DNA of 63,698 nt, filler included, from Asterionella formosa (lineage: Eukaryota), in NCBI GenBank assembly GCA_002256025.1. It is 11 parts of 11 records of this genome, joined end to end, with 100 filler letters (N's around TTAATTAATTAA, not from the genome) between each part and the next. Parts side by side here need not be neighbours in the genome. Positions count along the whole stretch, not along the records: positions 18,040 to 35,974 come from NKIB01004221.1; 10 more parts are not named here. One strand, written 5' to 3'. The notes beneath the pieces are model-generated. The model was not told the DNA's origin, did no database searches, and saw only the letters and a program-made list of their open reading frames with translations. This document shows, piece after piece, positions 22,938 through 35,854 of this stretch (position 1 is its first letter; the number at the start of each line of letters is the position of its first letter). The translations under genes were made by a program, and so were the position numbers.

Positions 22938-24279
22938 ATCACGCAGTGCTGACTAGCTACGAAAGCAAGCTCAAGAGCCTAAGGAAGGATAACAGCGCGT
23001 TTATACAACAAGAAAGGTCATTAACCACAGCTGCCCACCCGGAAACCTAGTAGTCTACAGACTCTGTGTACGGCGGTGCAAAGGTGGTATCGGGAACCCC
23101 ACTAGTAAACCCACCATGACCACCATCACCCCCATCACACCATCACCCCCATCACCCAGCATTTAGTCCTACTAGGCAAAAGGGCTACAGCTGCTGAGAA
23201 CAGCAAGTCCCTCTGTCACATAGTAGCCAACGTCGATATGGACTCTAAAATAACACGCACCTGCAGATGACAACAACTGTGCAACATTAAAACATTGAAA
23301 AAAGCAGATTAAAAAATATAATCAATAAGATATGCTATACTTAAAAGTTATCAGCAATACAATGACATTACTCCATTTATTGATGTTCAATCGATTTTCA
23401 ATGGAACATCAATTATTTACAGGATAACAACCAGCTGTATATGATGATATGCAAGGGATCTTTTGGTTGTTAGGTGAATTCTTGAGGGAACCATCACAGA
23501 GTGTTTGCAAAAACTCACTACTATCAAGACACTTCTGCATGATAATGAGAATTATTTGTTGTTGTATCCTTGTATTCTTGTTGCATTGTTATTCGATGTT
23601 GTGTTCGTTGTTGCCTTAATAAGAGCCATCGAAAATTGATATAAATGGCAACTTTCGGTTGTGAGGTGAATTGTTGCGAGAATCATCACAGAATTCATAC
23701 AAACACTCCATACACTCAATATACTGTGGCATGATAATGTCATAATAACACTTAGCTACATTATGAAGGCTTCCTTGCTGAGCAAACACAGTGTAGTTGG
23801 ACAAACATTGAAGTCGTTGGTGTCGATTCTTCGCTGGATCACCGACAGTGTAGTATGCTACAAAGGTCAGTGGAACCATTCCCCGGTTGTCACATCAATT
23901 CTTGGTGGAATCATCGTCACACCAATGCGTTTACAAGGACAAATTACGATAAAATATGAGAATGCCCATAGCAATCACATCATTGAGACTTGAGGAACAA
24001 TACAATCATTCAAATAGTGGTCGTTGTTTGAGTCTTAAAGACAGAGCAAGAAGCGGAGCAAGTGATGATGATCACAAATAAACCAATATTTTCGCTGGTA
24101 CATCAACCTACGAGGAAACTGATCTATAGGAACAAAAATGAAATGTATATATATAATTGTACAATAAACATAGTCCAAAATGGTTTCTATTTAATTTATG
24201 ACAATTCTTGTTATACATATTTGATAGTATATTGAAATTAAACAATCATATGATCATCATCATAAGGTACATCACATGC

Positions 24280-24824
24280 AGGACATGTTGGGTCCCCAGT
24301 TGGTTTCTTAACTTTGTGAAGCTTTGTAAACTTTCGGCGAAGTGAACATCCTGTTTGTTCTTTGTCTGGGAAATTCTCGTTGTGTTGTGAAGCAACAACT
24401 TCCCTTTCATGAGACCCAATCGGCAGGTGAGTAGAATTAGAGTCCAGCAATACGAGGATCTCATTTATCCTGAACTGTTGACCCATGTTTTGGCAAACCC
24501 TTGAAAACGTTGGTGGTCACCTGGCAGTTGCCGTTCTTTCAAATGAACTAGTAGGGCGGGACAAATTGTTGTTGTTCCTTGATGGGGCGGGAATGAGTAA
24601 CCCCAGAAACAACAACAGGGACACCCATCCTGGTGTTGTCCTCAACATTACTGGCAAACTTGTCAGCATCAGTGCCATATTCATTTTACTCCTCCTTTTC
24701 TTCTTCTTCTGGTTGAATCTGTTGTTGTTCTTTTTGGTGACGGCGACGTTCAAGCAGCCTTGGAGAGAAAGAGAAGCCCTCCCTGGATGGCTGGTCTCCT
24801 TTGACCGGAAGAAAATGAAGACAT
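24280..24824 (-). pseudogene. Second decayed DUF6818-like gene copy
   Basis: GQQFRINEILVLLD..THLPIGSHEREVVA...SLRRKFTKLHKVKKPTGDPTCPA. The N-terminus and upstream DNA (to ~25200) are homologous to 4490-5400. Confidence 0.7.
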
Positions 24825-25134
24825 TGTCGAAATCTAAAAGCGATATGGATCCATATATTGAGGAGGTTGATCGATATGTAATGATATGCATACCTCTTTT
24901 GGCAGGAGCAAGCCATTGCTTTCCAGTATTAGCAAGCAAGTCTTGAAATATTCTGGGAAATTCTATGGAGTCATTCATGCCTATACATCTCCTTATATTT
25001 AATTTTATTTATTCAGTGCCTTATTGCTACAATATGATTGGTAGGGTAGCTAGCATAGAGCTTCCTGTAATACCAAGCTTTGGTTTTTGCGAGTAAGACT
25101 TACTTGTATAATGCACTGTTATTTATAACTGTAG

Positions 25135-25191
25135 AAATTTGTGTTTGTGTTGACCAATTTTGGTAAACCTGGTCAACACAAACACAAATTT
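25135..25191. repeat. Perfect 22-bp palindromic arms, 13-nt loop
   Basis: AAATTTGTGTTTGTGTTGACCA and TGGTCAACACAAACACAAATTT. Confidence 0.9.
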
Positions 25192-26086
25192 TTGGGTTAT
25201 GGGCACAACGATTTGTGTTATAATATACAAAATATAATAATTTCTTATTATCAAAGCTCGTCCAATAATACATCCATAAAATAATTAACATTTGTATACT
25301 GCATAAAATAATTTGTATATATCTTCTTACTCGGTGTTGTATTTTTTTCTTCATTTGGGGCCGTAGAATGACCAATATATTCATACACTTGAATATATAT
25401 CACTCTCCACTGATGATTGGAACCATCATCTGCCATTGTCACAATGATCATTTTATGCCTCTAAATTCTCCAGGAGAAGTACCTATTGTGTAATTTATTA
25501 CTGTTTTCTAGTCCACTTCGAACTATTACAATACCGGGTGCTGGTACTCCTACCAAGATGGAAGGCGTAGTATGTCCAACGAGTGAGAGGAAAAACCTTA
25601 TCTTGTTTGCATTGGCTTACGTTCAGTGAAAATATGGGAGCAGTGCCCTGATTAAGATTGACAAGGTAGTGCAAATGAACGGAAATATCAGTAATACTGA
25701 TGCTTTTATATGCGATGTACTAATTGTACCCATACTTTTTATCAGTACTTCGCATCCCACAGAATTCTGTATCCTGCACCTAGAATTCATGGATGTGCAC
25801 TGTCTTCCTCACAGAAGGTCTCCTGCACCCTTATATATATCTGACACTCTAAAATAATTTGTGATATCAAGATATGCAGTGACAGTATCAATATCGGAAG
25901 ATGAAATGACACCAAGCTCATGGCATTCTGGTCATATTGTTTGGATTTGAGGAGTCCTATGAAGGAAGTGGATTCTGCAAAGAACATGCACTCAATGAAA
26001 GGGAAAGGAGAAGGCTTCAACTCTCACCTTCCAAGCTCAACAAAATGAAATTGTAGAGAAGAACTTATCAATTAAATAATTATTTA

Positions 26087-26297
26087 GGGGGGATGCTTAG
26101 TTGGTTAGCATTCCTTCATAGGTGGCGGGTTCGATTGCTGCATTCTCCATCTGCCATTCTTTTTCATGTAGTCGTCCCCACTAGGGTTCCGGGGATCCGA
26201 CTAATGAATTATGAAGACAGGTTCCCATTGTACTGTATAGACAATTAAAACCGGTACTGATCCTCACGCACCAGTACATGAAGTCACCACATTTTTT
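26087..26297 (+). mobile_element. Second, more diverged copy of the tRNA(Ala)-derived SINE
   Basis: GGGGGGATGCTTAGTTGGTTAGCA...GGTGGCGGGTTCGATTGCTGCATTCTCCA...TTTTCATGTAGTC...CTAGGGTTC...TAAAACCGGTACT, collinear with 22141-22300. The 3' boundary is approximate. Confidence 0.75.
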
Positions 26298-26470
26298 ACA
26301 TTAGTTCATGAACAGAAGGAAGCGCTACGCGGTCTACCCTTCTAGCAAATGAGTACAAGTCTTAAAGCGCTTAAATGATAATCTGTTTTAAAGCCCCTAT
26401 TCATTCTCCCCTTTTTCAAGGCAAGTATTCATTGTGCTACCTGCCAACAAGACCTGTGCTTCCCTACTAG

Positions 26471-26736
26471 TTTTTTTAGCGTAGGTGAGTCCCCAACCAG
26501 TTTTCGCAAAAGGTGATTGTCATGTTAGGGGAAACTCCGACCGCCAAGGAAGGCGACACAAGCTGCTTGTAGGGGGCAAACCCACTATTTCTCGCACACC
26601 AGGCAAGACCGTGCGGGACGGTAAGGAGTGTGGGAGGCGAACCCAACAAATTGCTTTTCAAAAATATTGCCGGAATCGAACCACACAACTTCAGATCAAA
26701 GGGAATGTGCTCACCCATCTACTGTAAGCCGTTCCC
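26471..26736 (-). mobile_element. Putative second SINE family (tRNA-like head, A-tail)
   Basis: On the minus strand: starts GGGAACGG, degenerate A box, canonical B box GGTTCGATTCC (26682-26672), GC-richer body, ends in A7 (T run 26471-26477). Single copy in the window. Confidence 0.5.
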
Positions 26737-27711
26737 TTAGTGAAACAGCACTTAATATAAGTGAAGTTAAATTTTTTAAATTAATTATTTAGGTCAATAT
26801 ACCACTAATTCTATAGTAGACGGCACATTACAATCCAGTTTCATCCTCCTCTTCTTCTTCAGATAATGAGGTTTGGTCAGCATGAGAAGAGTCTTGAACA
26901 TGAGAAATGATTTAACTATTGATGCAAGGTGCTTCATTTCTGTTGCTGTACTGAAAATATTTCTAGAATACATGCACTTTCAAGTGGAACTCTGTCCCTC
27001 TTTACTTGCTGATGTCCTCCAGCATGTTGGTCACTTTGCAAGATGAAATCGACACACCACACTCCAAAATGATGTTAAGTCGAAAAAGCTTTGTTAAAGA
27101 ACTTGTATCTGTAATTGTAAAGCATATTTGAGTCCTTCAATTTGGGCTGTAACCTTCAAATGATTAACAAGGATACGCATTGTTTCCTGGAAGAAAAGGC
27201 TCTCAAAAAATTATGTGAGTAAATTATAGAAACATAAATGACAGCAACAACTGGATGAATAATATTGGATGGTGCGCACCATTAAGCAATACACAGCTTT
27301 GTTGATGCTGTTGGATTTTTCATAGTATTGGCCTAACAATGTCGTCGCTCGACTGGTTCAGTGGACGAAGAACCGGGTTTTGCCCATCACTTCATCGTTC
27401 CTGCCACAGTGTGGTCTGTGAGCGAAACTGACGATGTCGTCATTGCTGCTGATGCGCACTACATGGTACCTGGTACCTGGTACCTGGTAACATTCTGAGG
27501 AGATGAGAATTTATTCTCGGACGGAACAAAATTAGTAATAATTGATTGAAGTTCGGCGCGACGGCGCATGTCCGGAACAAGATTCTTCGCTTAGTATGCC
27601 TACCGGTACTCTGTATACCGATACAGCCAACTTTTCCGAGTGATTCTCACAATAAAAGGACACTAAAAACTTTCGGCACAACAGGGACAAAGGCTGGCGA
27701 AATCGACAGAA

Positions 27712-30700
27712 ATGAAGTCTTTTGCCTTTTACTTTCATCTAGCAATAGCTGCAATCTGTTGGCTCAGTGAATCAGCACTCGCATATTCATTCTCTTCGTT
27801 TCTTGGCCGGTCATTGGCATTGGAAGCATGTGCGCATCCCACCAGTACGAGACAACGCTTGTGCTCGCTGACGATGAGAAAGCAAAAGGCATCTGACAAA
27901 AGAACGTCTAGATTGCAGCGAGGTGCCGAGAGCGGGGTTGTTGATGCTTCTGATATCATTCGATCTCTACGAAATACGCTGACTACGTCTCCCATGGCGG
28001 ATGCAATGTGGGTAGAAAAGGAAATCACAAGTCAGTTGCCAGTGAAACAAACTGGTGGAAGAGGCAGATCCAGAAAGCGATCGTCCCTTTACCAGTGCTT
28101 ATCGTCTTATCATAATAACTTTCTCACTATGTTGTCGGCCGAATACAAGGCGGAGGTAAGCTATATGCTGACGTCAAAAATTATTCGACGTCGAAGATTC
28201 GGAGACTCGAAATAGAGATTCACTTTACTTTTGGCGCGCCACTCACACTTGCAACAATGCGTTATAGGAAGATGAGGTTTTAGGAAGGATCAAGGCTTCC
28301 ATTGAGGACCCAATAAGTCTGGAAAATGCGGGCTATGCCCTCTTTGACATGTTTCCAGAGCGACGTGGAAATTTGTTTGCTGATGAGGTGCGTTCCCGGG
28401 TATGGTGTGTTCCCGTCCCCACCAGAAGTAGTTCTCACTGTCGGCACTTCGTCAACCACGAATAGGTATATCGAATGGTGAAAGCCAAAGATGCAACAAC
28501 TACTTTCACTGATGATAATACAGACGACGCAACTATAAGTTTCCTTCCTCCCAGACACAAGTTTTCCGTCAACGATGTCATTCTTCTCACTTTGCAACCT
28601 ACCGGTAGCGGTGACTTCTTCGGGCCTGCAACTTTGCCGACCAATGAAGATGCTGTCTCAGCCGAAGCTCGTATTTTGAATACTGGACCTAGCTATGTCG
28701 ATATAGCCCTTCCAGGAGGTGCATTCGAAAAGGCATTTGGTCCTGCCCCAAACAACGTCGGGCCTTCGGGTAAGGGAAGTCCCCGCATGCGCATACGTGT
28801 GGATCGATTCTTTTCCAGAGTTCCTTATCAAAGAATGGTGACTGCCCTGGGGCAGCTCACGTCCCTCCCAGATCGGGTCAAAAAACCTGATGCTGACGGT
28901 ATTAGGCCCGTCACTAGCGAAACATCCAACCCATATGACTCTATTTGTATGGACGAACTGCTTCGAGAGACGATCCTCTCCACCTATGCTTTCAATGATC
29001 CCACAAGTCAATTATGTCGTGACACTGACGCATGCGATCTTCAGGAGCTGGCAAGACGTCTCGCTCGACCACCGTTACCCAACTCATCCAGGTTGGCTAA
29101 TCAAGCGCTGGTCTATATGCAGTCCAATCCACATGGGGTATTCGGTAAATTCAATGGACCACAACTTACAGCTATTGGAGCTGCTCTTACTCGCAGACTG
29201 ACTCTTGTACAAGGTCCACCAGGTAATTGTCTTACGTTTCTCTTCTCGTACTTCTCTGGTTGCTTTATTTATGAACTCGAACTCTAACTGATCATATTTC
29301 ATCGTTTCAAGGGACTGGCAAGACAACAGTTGGGGCTGCAATTGGATTTGGATTTGTCCATCAGTGCAGAAGCATTTCACCAAATACTAAGGTTCTTGCG
29401 TGTGCTTTTAGTAATGTCGGTGCTGATAATATGGCGGAAAGCTTAATCAAACTTGGCCTAAAGGTCGTTCGTGTTGGTAAGGCATCGGCTGTTTCTCAGT
29501 CGTTGTGGGACATCACACTTGACGCCGCAATTGACAGAGATCCCATAGCCCAAAAAGCGCAGGCAAATGCAGCATACATAACTGGGCAGTTGTCGAAGGC
29601 GTCTCGGGGAAATAAGGGAGCTAGCAAGAACAAGAGTATATCGTTGAGTGAACACACCATCCGCGAAGCAGCAACCGCTGCTGTCAAAGCGTCCATCAAG
29701 GCCTGTAATATTGCGGCAACAAAAGCTCTCCGCGAAGCAGATGTAATTGTGTCTACGTCGACGGGAGCCTCTGATCCTCGTTTGTTGGCTGCATGTGGTT
29801 TAGTTTTAAACGATGAAGCTTTGGAAGAAGATGGACGATTGAATAATCCGACTGCGAAGAAGACGATTCTTTCGAGCTCAAAGCCAGGCGAGAAAGCAAA
29901 AAAAATACGCATCAATGCTCCCGATAATTTGCCTCCTCTTTCTCTTCCATTCGTTATTATCGACGAAGCATGTCAAAGTGTCGAACCGGCCAGCATTGTG
30001 CCGGTAACTTCATCCGACAGCTGCCGATCGCTAGTCCTCCTTGGAGACCCTTGTCAGTTGCCACCAACAGTTCGCAGCTCACCTACATCATCTCTGACTG
30101 TCTCGCTCATGGAGAGAATGGCTGCAATTTTGCCGCAACCTGTGATTGTCACCGCTCAGAATGATCACACTGATAAAGATGAGTCGTTTTTGACAGGAAA
30201 ACCGACAAAGCAAGCTACGTCTTTATTACGAGTACTTTATACAGATCAGCCCAAGGTCTCTTATCGCAAGAAATTTGCTGGATCTCTTTTACTCTCAGTT
30301 CAATACCGAATGCATCCATCCATTGCTGCTTTTTCGTCCGCAATCTTTTATGACGGCCTACTCTCTACCCCTAGCTTCCTTGGAGAAACCCGCCCTTTCC
30401 CTGAAGTTTTGCGAAGGCAGTTGCCTTCCGAAACGCCTGACATTGGAGTACGTTTTGTAAACGTCGGTGGACGAACGAACGAGCGCCGAGGTTCTCGCAA
30501 TAATTTCGTTCGGACAGCGTATGGGTCATCACCTTCAGTCCCTTCGGAGCAGCAAACCTCTTTCTGTAACGAAGAAGAAGCCCGCCGTATTATTTCTCTC
30601 GTAACAATAATGTTAAATGAGAACGGGGGCCACAATATGGACTCCTCAAGTATTGGTATTGTGACACCATACACGGGCCAAGTTGAACTCATCAAATCCA

Positions 30701-31014
30701 TTATGTCAACAGATGTTGACTTTAAGAAGGCCGCGAATTCGCTTTTGATTCCAATTGAAGTGAAGTCTGTTGATGGATACCAGGGGCGAGAACGAGACAT
30801 CATCATATTTTCTTGTGTTCGTTCGAATCGCAGTGGCAGTATAGGTTTCCTCACTGACTGGCGTCGTATGAATGTTGCATTGACCAGAGCAAAATCAGCT
30901 TTGGTCGTTTTCGGAGATGTAGAAACATTGGTAGAGGGCGACAAACACTGGGCGGCTTTCGCCAAGTGGTGCAAGGGAAACAATTGTATCATAGACAATT
31001 TTCACTCCAAGTGA
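27712..31014 (+). CDS. SF1 helicase, UPF1/DNA2/NAM7-like (AAA_11/AAA_12), 4 exons, probable plastid presequence
   Basis: Exons 27712-28155, 28268-28387, 28466-29222 and 29312-31014 with GT-AG introns. Walker A QGPPG|TGKT is split by intron 3. Also IIDEACQ, LGDPCQLPP, QYRMHP, SVDGYQGRE and RRMNVALTRAK. Confidence 0.92.
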
Positions 31015-31189
31015 CCATGCAACGACGTCACCGAGAAATTAAAGTACATTTGAACAATTTTCAAACGAGTGATGTGCTCCAGTTCCACACGTGCGCTCAA
31101 TGGAAGCTTAGAATTGCTCGCTCTGTTGTTGCCATAGCAGAGCCTTTATTTGAACACTTTCACTACCGAAGGAGTGATAACAGGTATTA

Positions 31190-33440
31190 TATATTACTGG
31201 TTTTCGCAGAACTTGGCCTGTCCCATGAAACAGACTGAGTGAATAACCATTGTTCCATTCCACTTCTGAATTTCTGTATAACATAGGGACATGCGGTGTG
31301 ACAACCTCCGATAAAGTCCAAGAAGTTTTTCCATGCTGTCCATCGATTGTTTGCTGTTTGTGGACACGTCAGCACATGGTTCAAATCCTCGTTAAAACGC
31401 CTACATCGTGGCACCTCCTGTCTAAAATTCGTTCATATCTTTTCTTTGTTTCATTGTTGCTAAGAAATCTAACTCTAACTTGAAGAAGGTGATCTTCTGG
31501 CCCTTTGATCTACTGCTCTACTGCGTGCCTCCCAATCGACCGTCTCGAAATTTTCTCTTGTTTACCACCCCGTCTTAGTAGTGATGCAGTCTACAAATTG
31601 TTCTTTGTAGCTGGATTCTCTACTTGCCTTAGACGCATGACATGTAATCCAATCTGCCTGCAATCGCAAAGTTGCCCAGTGGCCTGGGGGTAATGTATAA
31701 CTCCCTTTCAAAGTCTTGCTACACTTTGCGCAACTGTGAATTTTAGCTGCCAATCTAGTTTTTCATATGCTCTCTCCTGATCCTGATGTGACTTGATATG
31801 GTGAACTTCAAGAAAAAGATTGTGTTTTTGTGTGATATTCATTGCAGTTTGTAATAAATCCCAATGAGATGCCATTGTCCCAGCTGGGACCTGGTGATTC
31901 CACTGATTTATTCATGAGATCAGCGCCTTGTTTTTTTTATGTAAATGTCCATGCTTAATTGATCAGCTTTGCTCATCCCGCTTGGTAAACTAGATAGAAA
32001 TATTTCGATTGCTACCATTCCTCCAAAAAAGCACCTATCTCAGGATGAAGAGATGACATGGGTTTTCCCCCCTCCATATACATTTCTGTGACCACCTGCA
32101 AAATATGAGTCCGTCTTATTGTATAATTTCAATTCGTGTGTTGAAGTGTCAGGATCCATCAGTGAACCGTTGGAAGCTAACACCACTTGTCTGTTAAGCA
32201 GATGCTGTTGAGGCATAATATTCTCAGGAAAACGGTAGTCTCCGAGCGATTTATGGGTGACAGAGTGTAGTTTTGATATGTATGTTGCAATCGATTCTGC
32301 CCTCGTACCTGGTGGACCCCTAATGACTCCTTTCATTATCGGTGTAATTATTGAAGACAAGCCTGATATTTCGATAAAATCCGGTGTTCCTACAGAAATT
32401 GTAACCGGAATCAGAAATCGTGGACGGGAGAATGAGATAGGATATGACGCATTTCGGAATGTCCGTGTTGTGTTTGTCTGATCATGAGTCTTTCTGTGGT
32501 ATATCCGTCGGTTGATTCAAATCTTGGCTGGCCAAACGTCAGCTGTACCCTCAGCTGAAGTTGTTCTTTGGTTTTTAGTTTGTATTCTCCTTCTCGCAAT
32601 GCCAGTCTAGGGTAACCTAGAAACACTTTTCCATTGCTAATGCGCCCCCTGTTGTAGTATGTAACATTTGTTCCCAGCAGTATTGCGCCAGTTCTTGCAT
32701 TTCATTTGCCAGTTCATATATTGTTCCCTCATCTGATTCAAGCAGTAATTCTGTATCATCAACATATGTTTCTGCTGTCCTGTTAATTCTGTAATCTTCC
32801 GTTGGGGAAATAAAAGTTATCCTTCTAGACTGTTTCGAATGTGCCCCCAACAATAAATGTGTAATTGAAAGCCATGATGCAGGTAATCCCCCTGAAGCTC
32901 GACTTGTAGCTTAGAATAAGACGCCTTGGATAGTTTCAGAGATGTTTTAATGCTATACGTGATGTGCTCCAAAGTTAACAACAAGGTTTGCACAGCTTGA
33001 ATATCTGCTCCCAGTCGGCAAAGTGCAATCCTACCTATTAAGGGCACCATTCTGTCAAAAGCTGCTTTTCCATCATTGTTAACAAAGATTATAGCCCCCT
33101 TGATACCCATCAGTATACCATCATACGTTATTCTTTTCACTAATACCGCATTCATTGATGATCTGTATGGTCAAGATCCTCATCGTAGACGAGATATGGC
33201 CTTTTTATTCTCTGCTCCATGGATTAAACAATGTCCGAAGATAAGACACAGCATCATAGCTATTACTCAAATCCGCCTCCATTAATTGAATAACACTTAG
33301 TTTGTCAGTCCTTGGTTGACCTTTCACTGTCTCCAACATGGCCTGTAATGCATTTAACCGGCCATCTAATGTAAAACCGAATTCAAAGGGAATTTTCATT
33401 TGCGTAGTATAAGCAAGCCATGCTAATTTTTTCATATTTC
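31190..33440 (-). mobile_element. Decayed non-LTR retrotransposon (RT, RNase H, Zn finger), same family as 18867-20297
   Basis: GQPRTDKLSVIQLMEAD, NNDGKAAFDRM, TYVDDT, WEQMLHTTTGGALAMEKC and PRCRRFNEDLNHVLTCP, with many stops and frameshifts. Confidence 0.85.
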
Positions 33441-33461
33441 AGAATTGAAAGAATAAAATTA

Positions 33462-35141
33462 TTGCATAAAAGTGTCCAAAAATGCACAAACCGTCAGTCA
33501 GAGGAATTCATGACTTGCATGCCTATATTAAAAGGCAAAATAAACTAAGCAAGATTCCATAGATATTTGAACCACGACAATTAGTCTGTACATGAAACTC
33601 AGGACAAAATTATACATCGAGGGATTTTCATGCATTTTGAGATGTTGCGCCCTCTCCGAGATTTCGACTCCCACTTGCTGGATTACAAATATGAGGTCTT
33701 TCATGGCACAGGATCATTTGAGCGTAGAAATGACCTCTCTGTGGGCCATTCCGCTTCAATGTCAACATGGTCGGTATATCATGGAAGCCTTTCAAGAACA
33801 GCAAATAAGTTTGTTCAATTTTTTCACCTCAATTGTTGCAGGATTTACCTCCAAGTGGTGACAATGGCAGATATCAAGACAGCGGATGGGAAGCAACTTA
33901 GACACACTTTCCTCAAGTGTGAGAAATCTAGGGATAGAACATCGAGAATGATATGACTCAATCAATCAGATCCCACTGACCAACAGAAAGCGGATTGGAA
34001 AGCGGCTCTGATATCATCTTGCCTATTAAAATCCTCTAAAAACTATCGATTTACATCAACAACTGGGTGAATGGATTCGGCCTCCCAAACTGGCATGGAA
34101 ATTCTACTACCACTACAAGAAGAAACTATGGCAAAGCTCATACACTATGTGGATCCAACCGACTCTCAGCAAATCTTCCACCATGAAGGGAGCATTACTT
34201 AACAAACTCTTCCACCAACGGCATGCCCGTGCAAAGTTAACAAGGGGTACAAAATGTTCTATAGACACTTAGAGTTCTTCCCCCAGTCGAAGCTCCGCTA
34301 GAGCGATCAACATTTCGCGAATTGATTCTACAACTTCCGTCATTTCAAAAAAGGTTACTCTACAATGTTGACATGAGTCCTGCGAGCTTATCTAGGCTGA
34401 AACGAGATCTTCAACTGGGACTGAACGCGCTGTTGGGTGGGGACCACGTATGGTTCCTTCAAAGAGGTAGTAGTAGCGTCATATGGATGGTCACTTGACC
34501 TTCAAAGTGCCACGAAGACAGTCACCTGGGAAACGGTGTTTTGGGCAGGCCCAGTGGACGTTGAAAAACAGGGAAACAGCTCCACAAGAGCAGAACTGTT
34601 TGCAATAGCTTTTTCGATGAGCTTCTTCTCGGAATTTGTCAATTATCATGCAATCACAACAGGCAGCCAGCTATGATGCATTTATTCTCTCCGCCAAGTC
34701 AGGTATATCAGCATGAACAAGTCACTGGGCAGACCGCCTACAGATGCAGATATTGTCTCATACATTCACCATTTGGTTCAGACAATCCCTCTGCAAATCA
34801 AGATAGATTGGGTTAGCTCCCATCAGGATGGAAAATCGGATCAGAACACAACCCTCTCTACAAGCGCCTTATTGAAGGTCTATTACCATCCTTGCACAGA
34901 AGTATTTCTAAATGCACAATGGCTTTTTTGGGAATTATTTTTCTTCAAGTGATGCGAATTTTCTAGTCTGTGAAGAATAAGCAGTTTATTGTTGAATGTC
35001 TATATTAAACTGTAAAATGACCTTATCAAGATTCAACAGAAACATGAACGACGACAATTAGTATGTACTTGATAGTCAGTACATAATTATACCTTGAGGT
35101 ATTTTCTGGCATTTTGAGATGTTGTGCCCTCTCCGAGATTT
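33462..35141. repeat. Two diverged ~200-250-bp direct repeats (33462-33665 and 34892-35141)
   Basis: Both share ACGACAATTAGT and end GCATTTTGAGATGTTGYGCCCTCTCCGAGATTTC. Confidence 0.75.
33690..34870 (+). mobile_element. Decayed LINE fragment (post-RT region and RNase H)
   Basis: LNCCRIYLQVVTMADIKTADG, SYGW...GPVD...SSTRAELFAI and DADIV...IDWVSSHQD. Confidence 0.75.
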
Positions 35142-35562
35142 CTGTTGCTCAAGTTTTCTCATCTATTTTTTCAGTAGATAGAAATAATTATCTAGTAAAA
35201 GTTATTAAGCTAGTAGTAATCGCGGACTCAACGATGTCTCGTTTTGGTTTGTATACTCAAAACGGAGCAAATGACAGTAATTTTCGTCATGTTCAAGATG
35301 GATTTGCTATCTCGCTCATGGTTCCCATACCACAGGCAGCAGTACAAATGCACATGCAAGCACTGGTAGTAATATGTATGCAAAATGTATATAATATACC
35401 GGTGTATATATTAGTATAATTTGAACTGGTGCCAGTTGTCATATGTATGGATATGAAACCATGCATAGGTTGAGATGCACAACATACTGGCACCAGTACT
35501 ACCTGACTAGTACTCTAGCTGCTAAACTACTGGTACCAGTAAAGAACTGCTGTGACCCACTG

Positions 35563-35854
35563 AGTTCTCCCATTCGTTTGATTAGTTCGACTACACCTTT
35601 CCCATGCCTTGCGAGAATCAAACTTCCAGGTCTTGTTAACCAAAGGAGTCAGCAGATTGTGGATCTGTCGGTATTCTCATTGAAGGTCGAGGTACTGAGA
35701 TACGAACCCTTTTATGTGGACAAAATTTGCCGGTAATGGGTCACAGCAGTACTTAAATTTTTATCTATAATTGTATATAATTTTATATACCATTATGATC
35801 ACGGATTACCCCGTTTGGTTTTCGCAAAATTATTTTTAAGAATTTTCGCATCCA
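35563..35854. repeat. Dispersed ~300-bp repeat, copy 2
   Basis: Homologous to 6587-6882. Here ACTGCTGTGACCCA (~35545) and TGGGTCACAGCAGT (~35737) form an inverted pair. Confidence 0.85.

Larger units (their letters stand above)
22001..23020 (+). repeat. ~180-bp direct repeat, two full units plus a partial third, interrupted by a SINE and a tyrosine-recombinase fragment
   Basis: TAGTTCATCAAA...CGCTGACCTCGAAAGC...AAAGCAAGCTCAGGAGCCAAAGGAA at ~22001 and ~22444, partial at ~22945. Confidence 0.8.

Noticed and set aside
26400..26465. CATCQQDLCFP, resembling a piggyBac C-terminal Cys-rich domain
   Set aside because: Too short, with no upstream transposase frame or TTAA-bounded ends identifiable.
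30348..30998. Long antisense ORFs over the helicase (and similar ones over CNNM, SF3A1, METTL16 and the bacterial contig)
   Set aside because: Shadow frames of real genes with no independent motifs.
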